DNA of 64,000 nt, taken from the NCBI GenBank assembly GCA_963814585.1, contig CAWFDF010000012.1, positions 224,001 through 288,000 of the forward strand, given 5' to 3'. Position numbers and translations under genes: made by a program. How positions within the stretch are numbered: the first letter of the stretch is position 1; the number at the start of each line of letters is the position of its first letter. The stretch is from an uncultured delta proteobacterium. Its GTDB lineage: Bacteria > Myxococcota > Myxococcia > Myxococcales > Anaeromyxobacteraceae. Shown here piece after piece: positions 1 to 12,270 of this stretch. Under the pieces are notes generated by a model that was not told where the DNA came from, did no database searches, and saw nothing but the letters and a program-made list of their open reading frames with translations.

Positions 1-27
1 GAGCAGGACGGCGGTCAGACGGCGCAT
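1..27 (-). CDS. 5' end of a gene running off the window (MRRLTAVLL..., signal-peptide-like)
   Basis: ATG at 27..25 on the minus strand, preceded by a GGAGG RBS (cctcc at 36-40). Confidence 0.55.
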
Positions 28-155
28 CGGTGAAACCTCCATGGCTACGGGATTCGTTGGGTGCCCGGTGAGGGGACGTACACTAGATCAACCGGACCCG
101 GAAGCCGATTCCGGAATCCGGACAAGAGGTCGCGGAGGGGCCTCATCTACCACGC

Positions 156-913
156 TCAGCCGCGGAGTCGCCAGCCGGAGCGGAGGAGCATGTAGGCGGT
201 GGTGAGCGCCCCCGCCGCCAGGAGCGTGACCAGGCCGCATCCAGCCCATGGCGAGCCGTCGCCGCTCCCGACCACGGCGAAGCGCAGCACGTCCACCAGG
301 TGGAGGATCGGGTTGACGCGGGCCAGCGCCGCCAGGCCGGGCGGCAGCATCCGGATCGAGAAGAAGACCCCGCCGAGGAAGGTGAGCGGCAGGATGAAGA
401 AGGTCGGGAAGAAGTTCACCTGCTCGAAGGTCTGCGCCCAGATGGCGCTGACCACGCCCCCGGCCGCGAAGGCCACCGCCGCCAGGGTGACCACCGCGAC
501 CGCCAGCAGCGGGTGGGCCACCTGGAAGCCGGTGAAGGCCCCCGCCACCGCGAAGGTGACGGCGCCCACCAGCAGCCCGCGAACCACCGCCGCCAGGACG
601 AAGGCCCCGAGGATCTCGGCGTAGGAGAGCGGGGAGACCAGCACGTCGACGATGGTCCCCTGCAGCTTCATGACGAAGAGCGAGGAGGCGCTGTTGAGGT
701 AGGCGTTCTGCACCACGCCCATCAGCACCAGCCCCGGCACGATGAAGCGGGCGTAGGGCACGCCGCCCACCTCGCGCAGCTGGTGCCCGATGGAGACGCC
801 GAAGACGACGAAGTAGAGCGAGGTGGTGACCAGCGGAGTCGCCAGCGTCTGCCCGGGGACGCGCAGGAAGCGGCGGATCTCCTTCACCAGGAGGGTGCGG
901 AAGCCGAGCGAGA

Positions 914-917
<4 letters not shown>
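156..917 (-). CDS. ABC-2 type permease (YadH-like)
   Basis: C-terminal part of ORF 156..1742: LLVKEIRRFLRVPGQTL, FIVPGL, PLTFLGGVFFS, NPIL motifs; GTG start overlaps the ATPase stop (GTGA). Confidence 0.88.
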
Positions 918-1654
<737 letters not shown>

Positions 1655-1759
1655 GGGCCGGCAATCTACCCCAACCCCCGGGCGCCCCGCACCCGGCGCC
1701 CGGGCACCCCGACCACCCGACTTGTCGGCCATTTCCCGGCATGCCAACGTCGTCGCGCC

Positions 1760-4189
1760 GTGCCGCCAGCCACCATCGACCCCGAGGCCCCCGCGCCGGG
1801 ATCCATCTCCGCGCTCCTCGCCGACCTCGCCCGCACGCCTGCGGTCGCCGAGGGCGTGGCCTGGTCGCCCGACCTTCGACCCGGGACCCGGATCGACCGG
1901 TTCGAGCTGGTGCGCGAGCTGGGGCGCGGCGCCTTCGGCGTGGTCTTCGAGGCGCTCGACACGTCGCTGGGCCGGCTGGTGGCCTTCAAGGTGGTCCGCG
2001 CCGGGCGGACCGAGGTCGCCGAGGACCAGCTGCGGCGCGAGGCCGAGACCATCGCCCGGCTCGCCCACCCCAACCTGGTGACGCTCTACGACTACGGCAG
2101 CTGCGCCCACGGACCCTACCTGGTGCTCGAGCTGCTGCGCGGCCGGACCCTCTCGGCGCGGCTGGCGGCTGGGCCGCTGCCGCCCGCCGAGGCGGTGGCC
2201 ATCGCCGTCGACGTGGCCCGCGGCCTGGCCTGGGCCCACGCGCACGGCGTGGTCCACCGCGACCTCAAGCCCTCCAACATCTTCCTCGTCGAGGGGGGAG
2301 GCGCCAAGGTGCTCGACTTCGGCCTGGCGCAGGCCTTCGGGCGGCGCCGGCTGGGGGGCGGCACCCCCAACGGCATGGCGCCCGAGCAGTGGCGGGAAGC
2401 GCCCGAGGACGAGCGGACCGACGTCTTCGCGCTCGGCGTGGTCCTGTTCCGCATGCTGACCGGCCGGCTCCCCTTCGCCAACGACGAGGGGCGGTCGGTG
2501 CTGGGGCGGGAGCCGGCGCCACGCCTCTCGGTGCCGGGGCACCCCGACCTCGCCAGGCTGATCGCCCGGATGCTGGAGAAGGATCCGGTCCGGCGGCCAC
2601 GGGACGGCGCCGCGGCGCTGACCGGCCTGCTGGTGACGCAGGCGGAGCTCCCGCCGCCGGAGGCCGGGGGCCCGGCCGCCGGCTCCGTCCGGATCCAGCC
2701 ACGCTGGCGGCGCCGGGCTGGACGGCTGCTGGCCGGCGCCGCGGCGCTGGTGGCGGTGGCGGCGCTGGCGGCGGGGTGGGTCGAGTGGCAGCGGCGTGGC
2801 GGCCCGGACCCGCCGCCGTCCGTCGCCGTCCTCCCCTTCGTCGACCTGAGCCAGGGCCACGACCAGCGCTTCCTCTCCGATGGCCTGGCCGAGGAGATCG
2901 TGTCGTCGCTGACGCGGCTCGAAGGGCTGCGGGTCACGGGGCGGGTCTCGGCGGCCACCTTCCGCGATCCCCTCCCCGACCTCCGCAGGATCGGCCGCGA
3001 CCTCGGCGTGGCCACGGTGCTGGAGGGGAGCGTCCGCCGGGACGGCGCCCGGGTCCGGGTGACCGCCCAGCTGGTCAAGGTCGACGACGGGTACCACCTC
3101 TGGTCGCGGACCTTCGATCGCGACATCGCGGATCTCTTCGCGGTCCAGGACGAGATCGCCGGCGCCGTGGTCACGGCCCTCCAGGTGAAGCTGCTGGCGG
3201 GTCGCGGGCCCCACTCCCGGCTCCACCGGACCGCCCACCCGGAGGCCTACGCGCAGTACCTGCTGGGCCGGCAGCTGGATCGCCAGGACCGGGTCGAGGA
3301 GGCGCAGCAGGCGGCGGCCGCCTACCGCCGCGCCGTGGCCATCGACCCGACCTACGCGCCGGCCTGGGCGGGCCTCTCGCAGGCGATGTTCTGGGGTCAC
3401 GCCAACGTCGACGGCTCGGCCGCCGCGCTGAAGCCGGCCAGGCAGGAGGCCATGGCCGCCGCCGAGCAGGCGGTGGCCCTGGCGCCCGAGCTGGCCGAGG
3501 GCTACGCCGCCCGCGGCTTCCTGCGCGCCTCCCTGGAGTGGGACTGGACCGGCGCCCGCTCGGACTTCGAGCGTGCCGTGGCCCTCGATCCGGGCAGCAG
3601 CGAGATCCGCCAGACCTACGCCCGCAACGTCCTCGCCCCCATCGGCCTGCTGGCCGAGGCCCGCGCCGGGGCGCTCCTGGCGACGCAGCTCGATCCGCTC
3701 TCCAACAGCGCCTGGACGTCGCTGGCCGCCATCCACCTCGCCGAGGGGGACCTGGTCCAGGCCCGCCGGGCCGCCACCCGCTCGCTGGAGCTCCGGCCCC
3801 GGCAGGACTTCGCCCCCACCTACCTGGCGCTGGTGGACCTGCTGGAGGGACGGCCGGAGGCGGCCCTCCAGGAGGCCGAGCGGTGCGCCGCGGAGCTCTT
3901 CCGGCTTCAGCTGACCGCGGCGGCGCTCCACGCCCAGGGTCGGAGCGTCGAGGCCAGGGCGGCGCTCGACCAGCTCATCGCCCGCCACGCCACCGACGGG
4001 CCGTTCCAGATCGCCACGGTCCATGCCTGGCGCGGCGAGCCCGACCAGGCCTTCCGGTGGCTGGAGCGGGCGCTGGCGGAGCTCGATGGAGGGCTCATGG
4101 ACCTGCGGCTCGATCCGCTGCTGCGCGGGCTGGTCCCGGATCCCCGCTTCGACGCGCTGCTGGCGCGCCTCCGCCTGGCGGCGAGGTGA
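1760..4189 (+). CDS. Membrane Ser/Thr protein kinase with TolB-like and TPR regions
   Basis: LGRGAFGVV, VAFK, HRDLKPSN, DFG, APE motifs; TM segment; SVAVLPF..DGLAEEI TolB-like motif; TPR-like helices. Start approximate. Confidence 0.88.
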   Translation: MPPATIDPEAPAPGSISALLADLARTPAVAEGVAWSPDLRPGTRIDRFELVRELGRGAFGVVFEALDTSLGRLVAFKVVRAGRTEVAEDQLRREAETIARLAHPNLVTLYDYGSCAHGPYLVLELLRGRTLSARLAAGPLPPAEAVAIAVDVARGLAWAHAHGVVHRDLKPSNIFLVEGGGAKVLDFGLAQAFGRRRLGGGTPNGMAPEQWREAPEDERTDVFALGVVLFRMLTGRLPFANDEGRSVLGREPAPRLSVPGHPDLARLIARMLEKDPVRRPRDGAAALTGLLVTQAELPPPEAGGPAAGSVRIQPRWRRRAGRLLAGAAALVAVAALAAGWVEWQRRGGPDPPPSVAVLPFVDLSQGHDQRFLSDGLAEEIVSSLTRLEGLRVTGRVSAATFRDPLPDLRRIGRDLGVATVLEGSVRRDGARVRVTAQLVKVDDGYHLWSRTFDRDIADLFAVQDEIAGAVVTALQVKLLAGRGPHSRLHRTAHPEAYAQYLLGRQLDRQDRVEEAQQAAAAYRRAVAIDPTYAPAWAGLSQAMFWGHANVDGSAAALKPARQEAMAAAEQAVALAPELAEGYAARGFLRASLEWDWTGARSDFERAVALDPGSSEIRQTYARNVLAPIGLLAEARAGALLATQLDPLSNSAWTSLAAIHLAEGDLVQARRAATRSLELRPRQDFAPTYLALVDLLEGRPEAALQEAERCAAELFRLQLTAAALHAQGRSVEARAALDQLIARHATDGPFQIATVHAWRGEPDQAFRWLERALAELDGGLMDLRLDPLLRGLVPDPRFDALLARLRLAAR

Positions 4190-4198
4190 CGGCGCCCG

Positions 4199-5344
4199 TC
4201 ACCCGAGCTGGGTGCGGAAGCGCGAGACCGCCAGCGCCATCACCCCGACGCCGAGCACGGCCAGGAAGGCCAGCTGGAACCAGAGGTCGGCGAAGCCGGC
4301 GCCGCGCATCAGCACGCCGCGCATCACCTCGGCGAAGTGGCGCACCGGGTTGAACCAGGTGATGACCTGGAGCCACCCCGGCATGCCGCGGATGGGGGTC
4401 ATCACGCCGGAGAGCAGGATGGCGGGCATCATGAAGATGAAGCCGCCCAGGAAGGCCTGCTGCTGGTTCTGCGAGAGCGTCGAGATGAGCAGCCCGATCC
4501 CGAGCGTGGAGAAGAGGTAGAGCAGCACGCCGGTGGCGCCCACCATCAGGCTCCCTCGCAGCGGCACCTCGAAGACCCAGCTCCCCACCGCCACCAGCAG
4601 CAGGACGTCGAAGATCCCGATGACCATGAAGGGGAGGAGCTTGCCGATGAGCAGCCACAGCGGCCTGATGGGCGTCACCAGCACCTGCTCCATGGTCCCC
4701 ATCTCGCGCTCGCGCGCGAGCCCCATGGCGGTGACCAGCGTGGTGACGATCACCAGCAGCGTGCCGGCGATCCCCGGCACGATGTAGGGCGCGGTCTTGA
4801 GCCGCGGGTTGTAGAGGACGCGAGGCGCCAGCACCACCTGCGCCGGCGCCGGGCGCCCCGCCGCCTCCAGCCGTTCCCGGATGAGCCGCTCCCCCACCTC
4901 GCCGAAGTAGCGGGAGGCGGCGCCGCTCGCCACCATGGCCCGGTTGGGATCGCTGCCGTCGAGCAGCAGCTGCACCTGGGCCGGCCGCTGGCTGGCCAGG
5001 TCGTGCGCCAGCCCGGGCGGGAGGACCAGCGCCGCGGCGGCCCGTCCGCCGTCGAGGGCGTGGTCGGCCTCGGGCACCCCGGCCGCATCGCCCGCGAAGC
5101 GCAGGGTCTGGTCGGCCAGCACCCGCCGGGCGTGGAGACGGCTCTCATCGCTCCGATCCTGGTCGACCAGCACGGTCGGCACCCGGTCGACGTCGAAGTC
5201 GACGGCGAAGCCGAAGACCACGGTCTGGATGAGCGGCGCCACGATGAGCAGGACCATGACCCGCCTGTCGCGGATGGTCTGGCGCACCTCCTTCCGGAAG
5301 ACCGCCCCCAGCTGGCGCCGCGCGGTGTGCCAGGAGGCGCTCAC
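4199..5344 (-). CDS. ABC-2 permease (YbhR-like)
   Basis: KEVRQTIRDRR, YNPRL, REREMGTMEQVLVTP, LSG..TPI..MP.WLQ; GTGA overlap with upstream gene. Confidence 0.9.
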   Translation of the reverse strand: MSASWHTARRQLGAVFRKEVRQTIRDRRVMVLLIVAPLIQTVVFGFAVDFDVDRVPTVLVDQDRSDESRLHARRVLADQTLRFAGDAAGVPEADHALDGGRAAAALVLPPGLAHDLASQRPAQVQLLLDGSDPNRAMVASGAASRYFGEVGERLIRERLEAAGRPAPAQVVLAPRVLYNPRLKTAPYIVPGIAGTLLVIVTTLVTAMGLAREREMGTMEQVLVTPIRPLWLLIGKLLPFMVIGIFDVLLLVAVGSWVFEVPLRGSLMVGATGVLLYLFSTLGIGLLISTLSQNQQQAFLGGFIFMMPAILLSGVMTPIRGMPGWLQVITWFNPVRHFAEVMRGVLMRGAGFADLWFQLAFLAVLGVGVMALAVSRFRTQLG

Positions 5345-6477
5345 GCCACCCTCCGCTTGAAGCGGACCGTGGCCAGCCCGAGGACGCCGACCGCGAAGGC
5401 CGCCATGGCCAGCAGGTCCGGCCAGAGCACGTCGAGGCCGTTCCCCTTGAGCAGGATCCCGCGCAGCCCGTGGACCAGGTAGCGGGCCGGGATGAGGCGC
5501 GAGATGGCCTGCAGCGGCAGCGGCATGTTCTCGATGGGGAAGATGATCCCGGAGAGGATGATGGCCGGCAGCATGGCCGAGAGCGCCCCGGCCTGCGTCG
5601 CCACCAGCTGGTTCCTGGCCACCACGGAGATGAGGAGCCCCTGGCCGAGCATGCCGGCCAGGAAGACCAGCCCGAAGAGCATGACCAGTGGCAGGCCGCC
5701 GCGGATGGGGACCTCGAAGACCAGGGCGCCGAAGGCGACCACCAGCAGCAGCTCGAGCAGGCCGAGCACCAGGTAGGGGAGCAGCTTGCCGAGCACGATC
5801 TCGAGGCGCCCCACCGGCGAGGCGAAGAGCTGCTCCATCGAGCCGCGCTCCCACTCGCCGGCGATGGCCAGCGCGGTGAGCATCACCGCGGTGATGGCCA
5901 GCAGGAAGGCCGAGAGCCCCGGCACCATGTAGAGGGCCGAGCGCCCCTCCGGGTTGTAGCGGGTCCAGACCTTCACCTGCAGCGGCGGCTGGAGCCCGGC
6001 GAAGGCGGCGCCGGCCAGCCGCTGGCTCTCGGCTCTGGCGATGGCGTCGGCCTTGGCGAGGACCTGGTTGCCCACCACGGGGTCGGCGCCGTCGAGCATG
6101 AGCTGGACCTGCGCCTTCCGGCCGAGCAGCAGGTCCCGCTGGTAGCCCCGCGGCACCACCAGCGCCGCCACGATGGCTCCGGAGCGGAAGAGCGGCTCCA
6201 CTCCCTCCGGCGCCGGGTGGGCCGCCACGCGGAACTCCCGGGAGCCGTCGAAGGCCCTCGCCAGCGCCCGCGAGGCCTCGCCCTGGTCCTGGTCGGCGAA
6301 GGCCAGGGGGATGTGGTCGAGGTCGGTGGAGACGCCGTAACCGAAGAGGAAGAGCATCACCACCGGCATCACCAGCGCCAGGCCCAGCGTGCGCGGGTCG
6401 CGCCGGACGTGGATGGTCTCCTTGCCGGCCATGGCGCCGATGCGGAGCAGCGAGCGGAGCAGCGGTGAGCGGCTCAC
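5341..6477 (-). CDS. ABC-2 permease (YbhS-like)
   Basis: KETIHVRRDPRTL, YNPEGRS, EWERGSMEQLFASP, LSGIIFPIENMP. Confidence 0.9.
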   Translation of the reverse strand: MSRSPLLRSLLRIGAMAGKETIHVRRDPRTLGLALVMPVVMLFLFGYGVSTDLDHIPLAFADQDQGEASRALARAFDGSREFRVAAHPAPEGVEPLFRSGAIVAALVVPRGYQRDLLLGRKAQVQLMLDGADPVVGNQVLAKADAIARAESQRLAGAAFAGLQPPLQVKVWTRYNPEGRSALYMVPGLSAFLLAITAVMLTALAIAGEWERGSMEQLFASPVGRLEIVLGKLLPYLVLGLLELLLVVAFGALVFEVPIRGGLPLVMLFGLVFLAGMLGQGLLISVVARNQLVATQAGALSAMLPAIILSGIIFPIENMPLPLQAISRLIPARYLVHGLRGILLKGNGLDVLWPDLLAMAAFAVGVLGLATVRFKRRVA

Positions 6478-7412
6478 GGCGGGCCCCCGCCGCCGCGATC
6501 GACCACGGCGAGGAACACGTCCTCCAGCGACGGCGCCGCCTCCTCCACCTCGACCGCCTCGGCCCCGGCCGCGCGCAGCGCCGCCACCACCCCGGCCGCG
6601 TCGAGGCCGGCCGGATCGACGCGCACGTGGAGCCCGGCGCCGAAGGGGGCCACCGCGCGGACCCCGGGCGCGCCGGCCAGCCGCACCCCGGCCGCGGCCA
6701 GGCCGCGCCCGCGGGCCACCAGCACCCGCTCCGGCACCCAGGTCGCCTTCAGGCCGGCCGGCGTGTCGAGCGCCACCAGCTTGCCGTCCACCATCAGCCC
6801 GATGCGCCGGCAGTACTCGGCCTCGTCGAGGTAGTGGGTGGTGACGAAGACGGTGGTGCCGCCGCTCGCCAGCTCGCGGATCAGCTCCCAGAAGGCCCGC
6901 CGGGCCACCGGGTCGACGCCGGCGGTCGGCTCGTCGAGGAAGACGATGCCGGGCCGGTGGAGCAGCGCGCAGGCCAGCGCCAGCCGCTGCCGCTGCCCGC
7001 CCGGCAGGTCCCCGGTGGTGGCGTCGTGCTGGGCGTCGAGCCCGACCCGCTCCAGCAGCTCGGCGGCGCGGATCCGCAGCGCCTTCCCCTCCAGGCCGTA
7101 GGCGGCGCCGAAGAAGAGCAGGTTCTCCTCCACCGGCAGGTCGAGGTAGAGCGAGAACCTCTGGGACATGTAGCCGATCGACGCCTTGACCCGGTCGGGC
7201 GCGGTGGCCACGTCGTGGCCGGCCACGGTGGCCTGTCCGCCCGTCGGCGCCAGCAGCCCGATCAGCATGCGGATGGTGGTGCACTTGCCGGCGCCGTTGG
7301 CGCCGAGGTAGCCGAAGATCTCCCCCTGCGCCACCTCGAACGAGACCCGGTCGACGGCGGTGAAGTCGCCGAAGCGGCGGGTCAGGTCCCGGACCTCGAT
7401 GGCCTGGCTCAC
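6474..7412 (-). CDS. ABC transporter ATP-binding protein
   Basis: GANGAGKCTT, YMSQRFSLY, FLDEPTAGVDP, TTHYLDEAE. Confidence 0.9.
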   Translation of the reverse strand: MSQAIEVRDLTRRFGDFTAVDRVSFEVAQGEIFGYLGANGAGKCTTIRMLIGLLAPTGGQATVAGHDVATAPDRVKASIGYMSQRFSLYLDLPVEENLLFFGAAYGLEGKALRIRAAELLERVGLDAQHDATTGDLPGGQRQRLALACALLHRPGIVFLDEPTAGVDPVARRAFWELIRELASGGTTVFVTTHYLDEAEYCRRIGLMVDGKLVALDTPAGLKATWVPERVLVARGRGLAAAGVRLAGAPGVRAVAPFGAGLHVRVDPAGLDAAGVVAALRAAGAEAVEVEEAAPSLEDVFLAVVDRGGGGPP

Positions 7413-8176
7413 GCGGCCCGCCCGATCGAGTCGATGAAGAGCTCCTCGAAGGAGGGGCGGGCGTGGCCGGCCCGCTCGAAGTCGGCCAGGAGCCGCCCCG
7501 GCGCTCCCTCCAGCAGCAGCCGCCCGTGGTGGACCAGCCCGACCCGGTGGCAGCGCTCGGCCTCGTCCATGTAGGGCGTGCTGATCACCACCGCCATGCC
7601 CCCATCGACGAACTCGTGGAGCAGGGACCAGAGCTCGCGCCGCGAGACCGGGTCGACGCCGTTGGTGGGCTCGTCGAGCAGGAGCACCTCCGGCTCGGTG
7701 AGCAGCGCGCAGGAGAGCGCCAGCTTCTTGTACATGCCGCCGGAGAGCTGGTCGGCGCGGCGGTCGATGAAGGGGGCCAGCCTGGTCAAGGCCAGCAGCC
7801 GGGCCGAGCGCTCGCGGTAGAGCCCGCCGGGGAGCGTCGCCAGCCGGCCGAAGAAGCGCAGGTTCTCGCCCACGGTCAGGTCACGGTAGAGGCTGTACTG
7901 CTGGGGCATCAGCCCGAGCCGCTCGCGCACGGCGCCGTGGCGGGCCGGGTCGAGGCCGAGGATGCGGGCCTCGCCCCCGTCGAGGTCGATGAGCCCGGCC
8001 AGGGCCCGGATGGCGGTGGTCTTGCCGGCACCGTCGGGGCCGACCAGGCCGTAGAGCTCGCCGCGGCTCACCGAGAAGCCGAGCCCGTCGAGCGCCTGCA
8101 CCGCGCCGAAGCGGCGCCGGAGGTCGTGGGCCACGATGGCCGGCCCATCCGCCACGGCGGCGCCCTGGTCCGCCAC
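7409..8176 (-). CDS. ABC transporter ATP-binding protein
   Basis: GPDGAGKTT, LSGGM, LLLDEPTNGVDP, STPYMDEAE; start approximate. Confidence 0.88.
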   Translation of the reverse strand: MADQGAAVADGPAIVAHDLRRRFGAVQALDGLGFSVSRGELYGLVGPDGAGKTTAIRALAGLIDLDGGEARILGLDPARHGAVRERLGLMPQQYSLYRDLTVGENLRFFGRLATLPGGLYRERSARLLALTRLAPFIDRRADQLSGGMYKKLALSCALLTEPEVLLLDEPTNGVDPVSRRELWSLLHEFVDGGMAVVISTPYMDEAERCHRVGLVHHGRLLLEGAPGRLLADFERAGHARPSFEELFIDSIGRAA

Positions 8177-8177
8177 G

Positions 8178-9218
8178 TCAGCGCCCCGTGCCGGGGATGG
8201 TGACCTGGACCGGCATCCCGGCACGCAGCCGGTGGGCGGGGTCCTTCACCGTCACCTCGACCGGATAGACCAGCCGGTCGCGATCGGTGCGGGTCTGGAT
8301 GTTGCGCGGCGTGAACTCGGCCTCGAGCGAGACCGTCCGCACCGTCCCCTCGAAGCGCTCCCCGGGCCAGGCGTCGGCCACCACCACCGCCGCCGCCCCC
8401 GGCCGAACCGCGCCGACCTCGGCGTTGGGCAGGTAGAAGGTGGCCTTGGGCTCGGAGAGATCGACGAGCCGGACCAGCACCGACCCGGGGCTCGCCAGCT
8501 CCCCCGCCTCGTGCGGCAGCTTCCCGACCTCGGCGTCGCGCGGCGCCTGGAGCACGCACTCGCCCGCCAGCAGCCGGGTGCGCGCCACCGCCGCCTCGGC
8601 CGCCTTGACCTGCGCCTCGGCCGCCCGGGCCTGGGCCTCGGCGGCGCCGACCCCGGCCTCGGCCGCCCGGGCCTGGGCCTCGCCGGCCACCGCCTGCGCC
8701 GCGGCCGCCTCCGCCTGGTGGCGCAGCCCGTCGGCGGCCGCCTGGCTCTGGTCGAGGCTCGACTCGGAGACCGCCTCGCCCATGGAGGAGGTCCGCCTGG
8801 CCTGCCGCTCGGCCACGTCGCGCTGGGCCACCAGCGAGGCGGCCTGGGCCCCGGCCGCTGACTGGCTGGCGCGCGCCGCCGCCCGGGAGCTCGCCGCCGA
8901 CTGTCGCTGCGCCGCAGCCGCCGCCGCCTGCGCCCGCGCCGTGGCCAGGCGGGCCTCGGACTCGGCCAGCGCCGCCTCCTGGTCGGAGCAGTCGAGCCGC
9001 AGCAGCAGGTCACCGGCCTTGACGGCCTGCCCCTCGCGCACCTTCACCTCGAGCACCCGGGCGCCGACCCGCGAGGAGAGGTCGACCACCACCGCCTCGA
9101 TCTGCCCCGACCCGCCGGCCGGTGCCGCCAGGGCACGGGCCTGGACCCAGACCTTGAGCGAGATGAGGACCGTGAGGAGCAGCGTGAAGCCGGCGAGGGC
9201 GATGAGGACGCGGCGCAT
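8178..9218 (-). CDS. HlyD/YbhG-family periplasmic adaptor
   Basis: N-terminal TM, V.VREGQAVKAGDLL lipoyl-like motif, Ala-rich coiled coil, AEFTPRNIQT..DR..LVY motif. Confidence 0.88.
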   Translation of the reverse strand: MRRVLIALAGFTLLLTVLISLKVWVQARALAAPAGGSGQIEAVVVDLSSRVGARVLEVKVREGQAVKAGDLLLRLDCSDQEAALAESEARLATARAQAAAAAAQRQSAASSRAAARASQSAAGAQAASLVAQRDVAERQARRTSSMGEAVSESSLDQSQAAADGLRHQAEAAAAQAVAGEAQARAAEAGVGAAEAQARAAEAQVKAAEAAVARTRLLAGECVLQAPRDAEVGKLPHEAGELASPGSVLVRLVDLSEPKATFYLPNAEVGAVRPGAAAVVVADAWPGERFEGTVRTVSLEAEFTPRNIQTRTDRDRLVYPVEVTVKDPAHRLRAGMPVQVTIPGTGR

Positions 9219-9267
9219 GGGTGGCTCTCCGGGAGGTCGCGCATTGGACCCCGCTTCTCCCGCCCGG

Positions 9268-9283
9268 GGCAAGGGTCGTGCCG
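9268..9283 (-). promoter_or_regulatory. sigma54 (-24/-12) promoter of the ABC exporter operon
   Basis: Minus strand reads CGGCACG-ACCC-TTGCC versus consensus TGGCACG-N4-TTGC, 50 bp upstream of the adaptor ATG. Confidence 0.75.
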
Positions 9284-9340
9284 CGCCGCCGCCGGGGCGT
9301 CCCGCCAGGGCTTTCCGGATACCCGCCCGACGGCCAGGTC

Positions 9341-9354
9341 GTCGGATTCCCGAC
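9341..9354. promoter_or_regulatory. Candidate enhancer (bEBP binding) palindrome GTCGG-ATTC-CCGAC
   Basis: Perfect 5-4-5 inverted repeat about 60 bp upstream of the -24 element. Confidence 0.4.
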
Positions 9355-9593
9355 AGGGTGTCAGGAGGGGCGAACGCCCCGCGGGCCAGGCGGCTCCGGA
9401 TCTGCCGGCCGGTCGGCCCGCTCCCGGCCGGCGCCACGCCCGGCATCCGGCGTGCTCCCCCACGTCAGCTGGCGTGGCTCGGCGCCGCTGGCGTGCGTGG
9501 TGAGGGGGTCCGTCGTATCCTCGCGGGGCGGCCGCCAGCCGCCGCGCGCGGATCGGCGCTTGCAGTGGTCGGCTTGCCTGGGAAGGGGCACCG

Positions 9594-10922
9594 GTGAACC
9601 CGCGGGACGGCTTCGAGGAGATCCAGCGACAGGAGATGTCCCGGCTCTTCGGGCTCTTCACCCGCGCCCGCCTGGCCCTCATCCCGGCGCTGGTGGTCCT
9701 CTTCGCCTGGACCTGGTGGGTCGATCCCACCGGCTGGCGCATCGTCATCCTGGCCGTGGCGGTCCCGGTGCTGGCCGCCATCTTCGTCGCGGAGTTCCGC
9801 CGCTGGCAGCGGCGTGGCCTCTCCCGCCATGCCATCGACCGCAACCTGGTGGTCGGCGTCCTCGCCATCGTCACCTTCAGCGTGGTGAGCGGGGGCCTGG
9901 AGAGCCCCTTCCTGCCCGTCATGGTGGTGGTGACCGTCGCCATCGGCCTCTTCGGCTCGCCGGCGGTCGCCACCTGGCTGATGGGCTTCGAGATGCTCAC
10001 GGTGCTCACCTTCACCGTCCTGCAGCTGACCCGCGGCGACGCCTGGCTGCGGCTCCCCGCCCTCACCGGCCAGGGCCGCATCCCCTCCGTCCGCACCTTC
10101 ACGGTGGCCGTCACCTTCATGCTCATGCTGGCGCTCAGCCGTCACCTGGGCCGCTTCGTCCGCCGCGCCTTCGACGCCATGCTGAGGCGGACGGTGCGGG
10201 CCCAGACCGAGTCGCTCCGCGCCCACGCCGAGCGGGCCGAGGAGCTGACCGCCCTCTCCGCCGAGATCGCCCATGAGCTGAAGAACCCGCTGGCCTCGGT
10301 GAAGGGGCTGGCCGGGCTGCTGGCGCCGGCCATGACCCCCGGCAAGGCGGCGGAGCGGCTGGCCGTGCTGCGCCACGAGGTCGACCGGATGCAGGCCATC
10401 CTCGACGAGTTCCTCAACTTCTCCCGCCCGCTGGTCCCGCTGGCGCTCGGCGACCACGACGCCGGCGAGCTCTGCCGCGAGGTGGCGGCGCTCCACGAGG
10501 GGCTGGCCCACGAGCGCGGCGTGGAGCTGGAGGTCGACGCGGCGGCCCCGGCCCCGGCCCGCTGCGATCCACGCAAGGTGAAGCAGGTGCTCATCAACCT
10601 GGTCCAGAACGCCCTCGACGCCTCGCCGCCCGAGTCGGTGGTGCTGCTGCGCGCCTCCGCCGAGCCGGGGGGCGGGGCCCGGGTGGTGGTGGCCGACCGG
10701 GGGCTGGGGCTCGACCCGGCGCTGGGCCGGCAGATCTTCGATCCCGGCGTCACCACCAAGGCGCAGGGGAGCGGCCTCGGCCTCACCATCGCGCGGGCGC
10801 TGGCCCGCCAGCACGGCGGCGAGCTCTCGCTCTCGCCCGCGCCCGGGCGGCGGCACCGAGGCGGTGCTGCTGCTGCCCGGTCCGGAGGCGGCCCCCCGGC
10901 CCGCCGCCAGCGGGGAGGCGGC

Positions 10923-10926
<4 letters not shown>
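9594..10926 (+). CDS. Membrane sensor histidine kinase (one apparent frameshift near 10845)
   Basis: Several TM segments, H-box EIAHELKNPL, N-box QVLINLVQNA, DRGLG, GSGLGL; the natural tail GGGTEAVLLLP...* lies in another frame ending at TGA 10926. Confidence 0.85.

Positions 10927-12270
<1,344 letters not shown>

Noticed and set aside
8580..8980. Repetitive GCC/GAG-rich DNA in the adaptor gene
   Set aside because: Encodes the Ala-rich coiled coil of a HlyD-type protein, not a DNA repeat element
9549..9564. Possible sigma54 promoter for the kinase (CGGATCG-GCGC-TTGCA)
   Set aside because: Spacing is right but the -24 element is poor; chance match likely at this GC content
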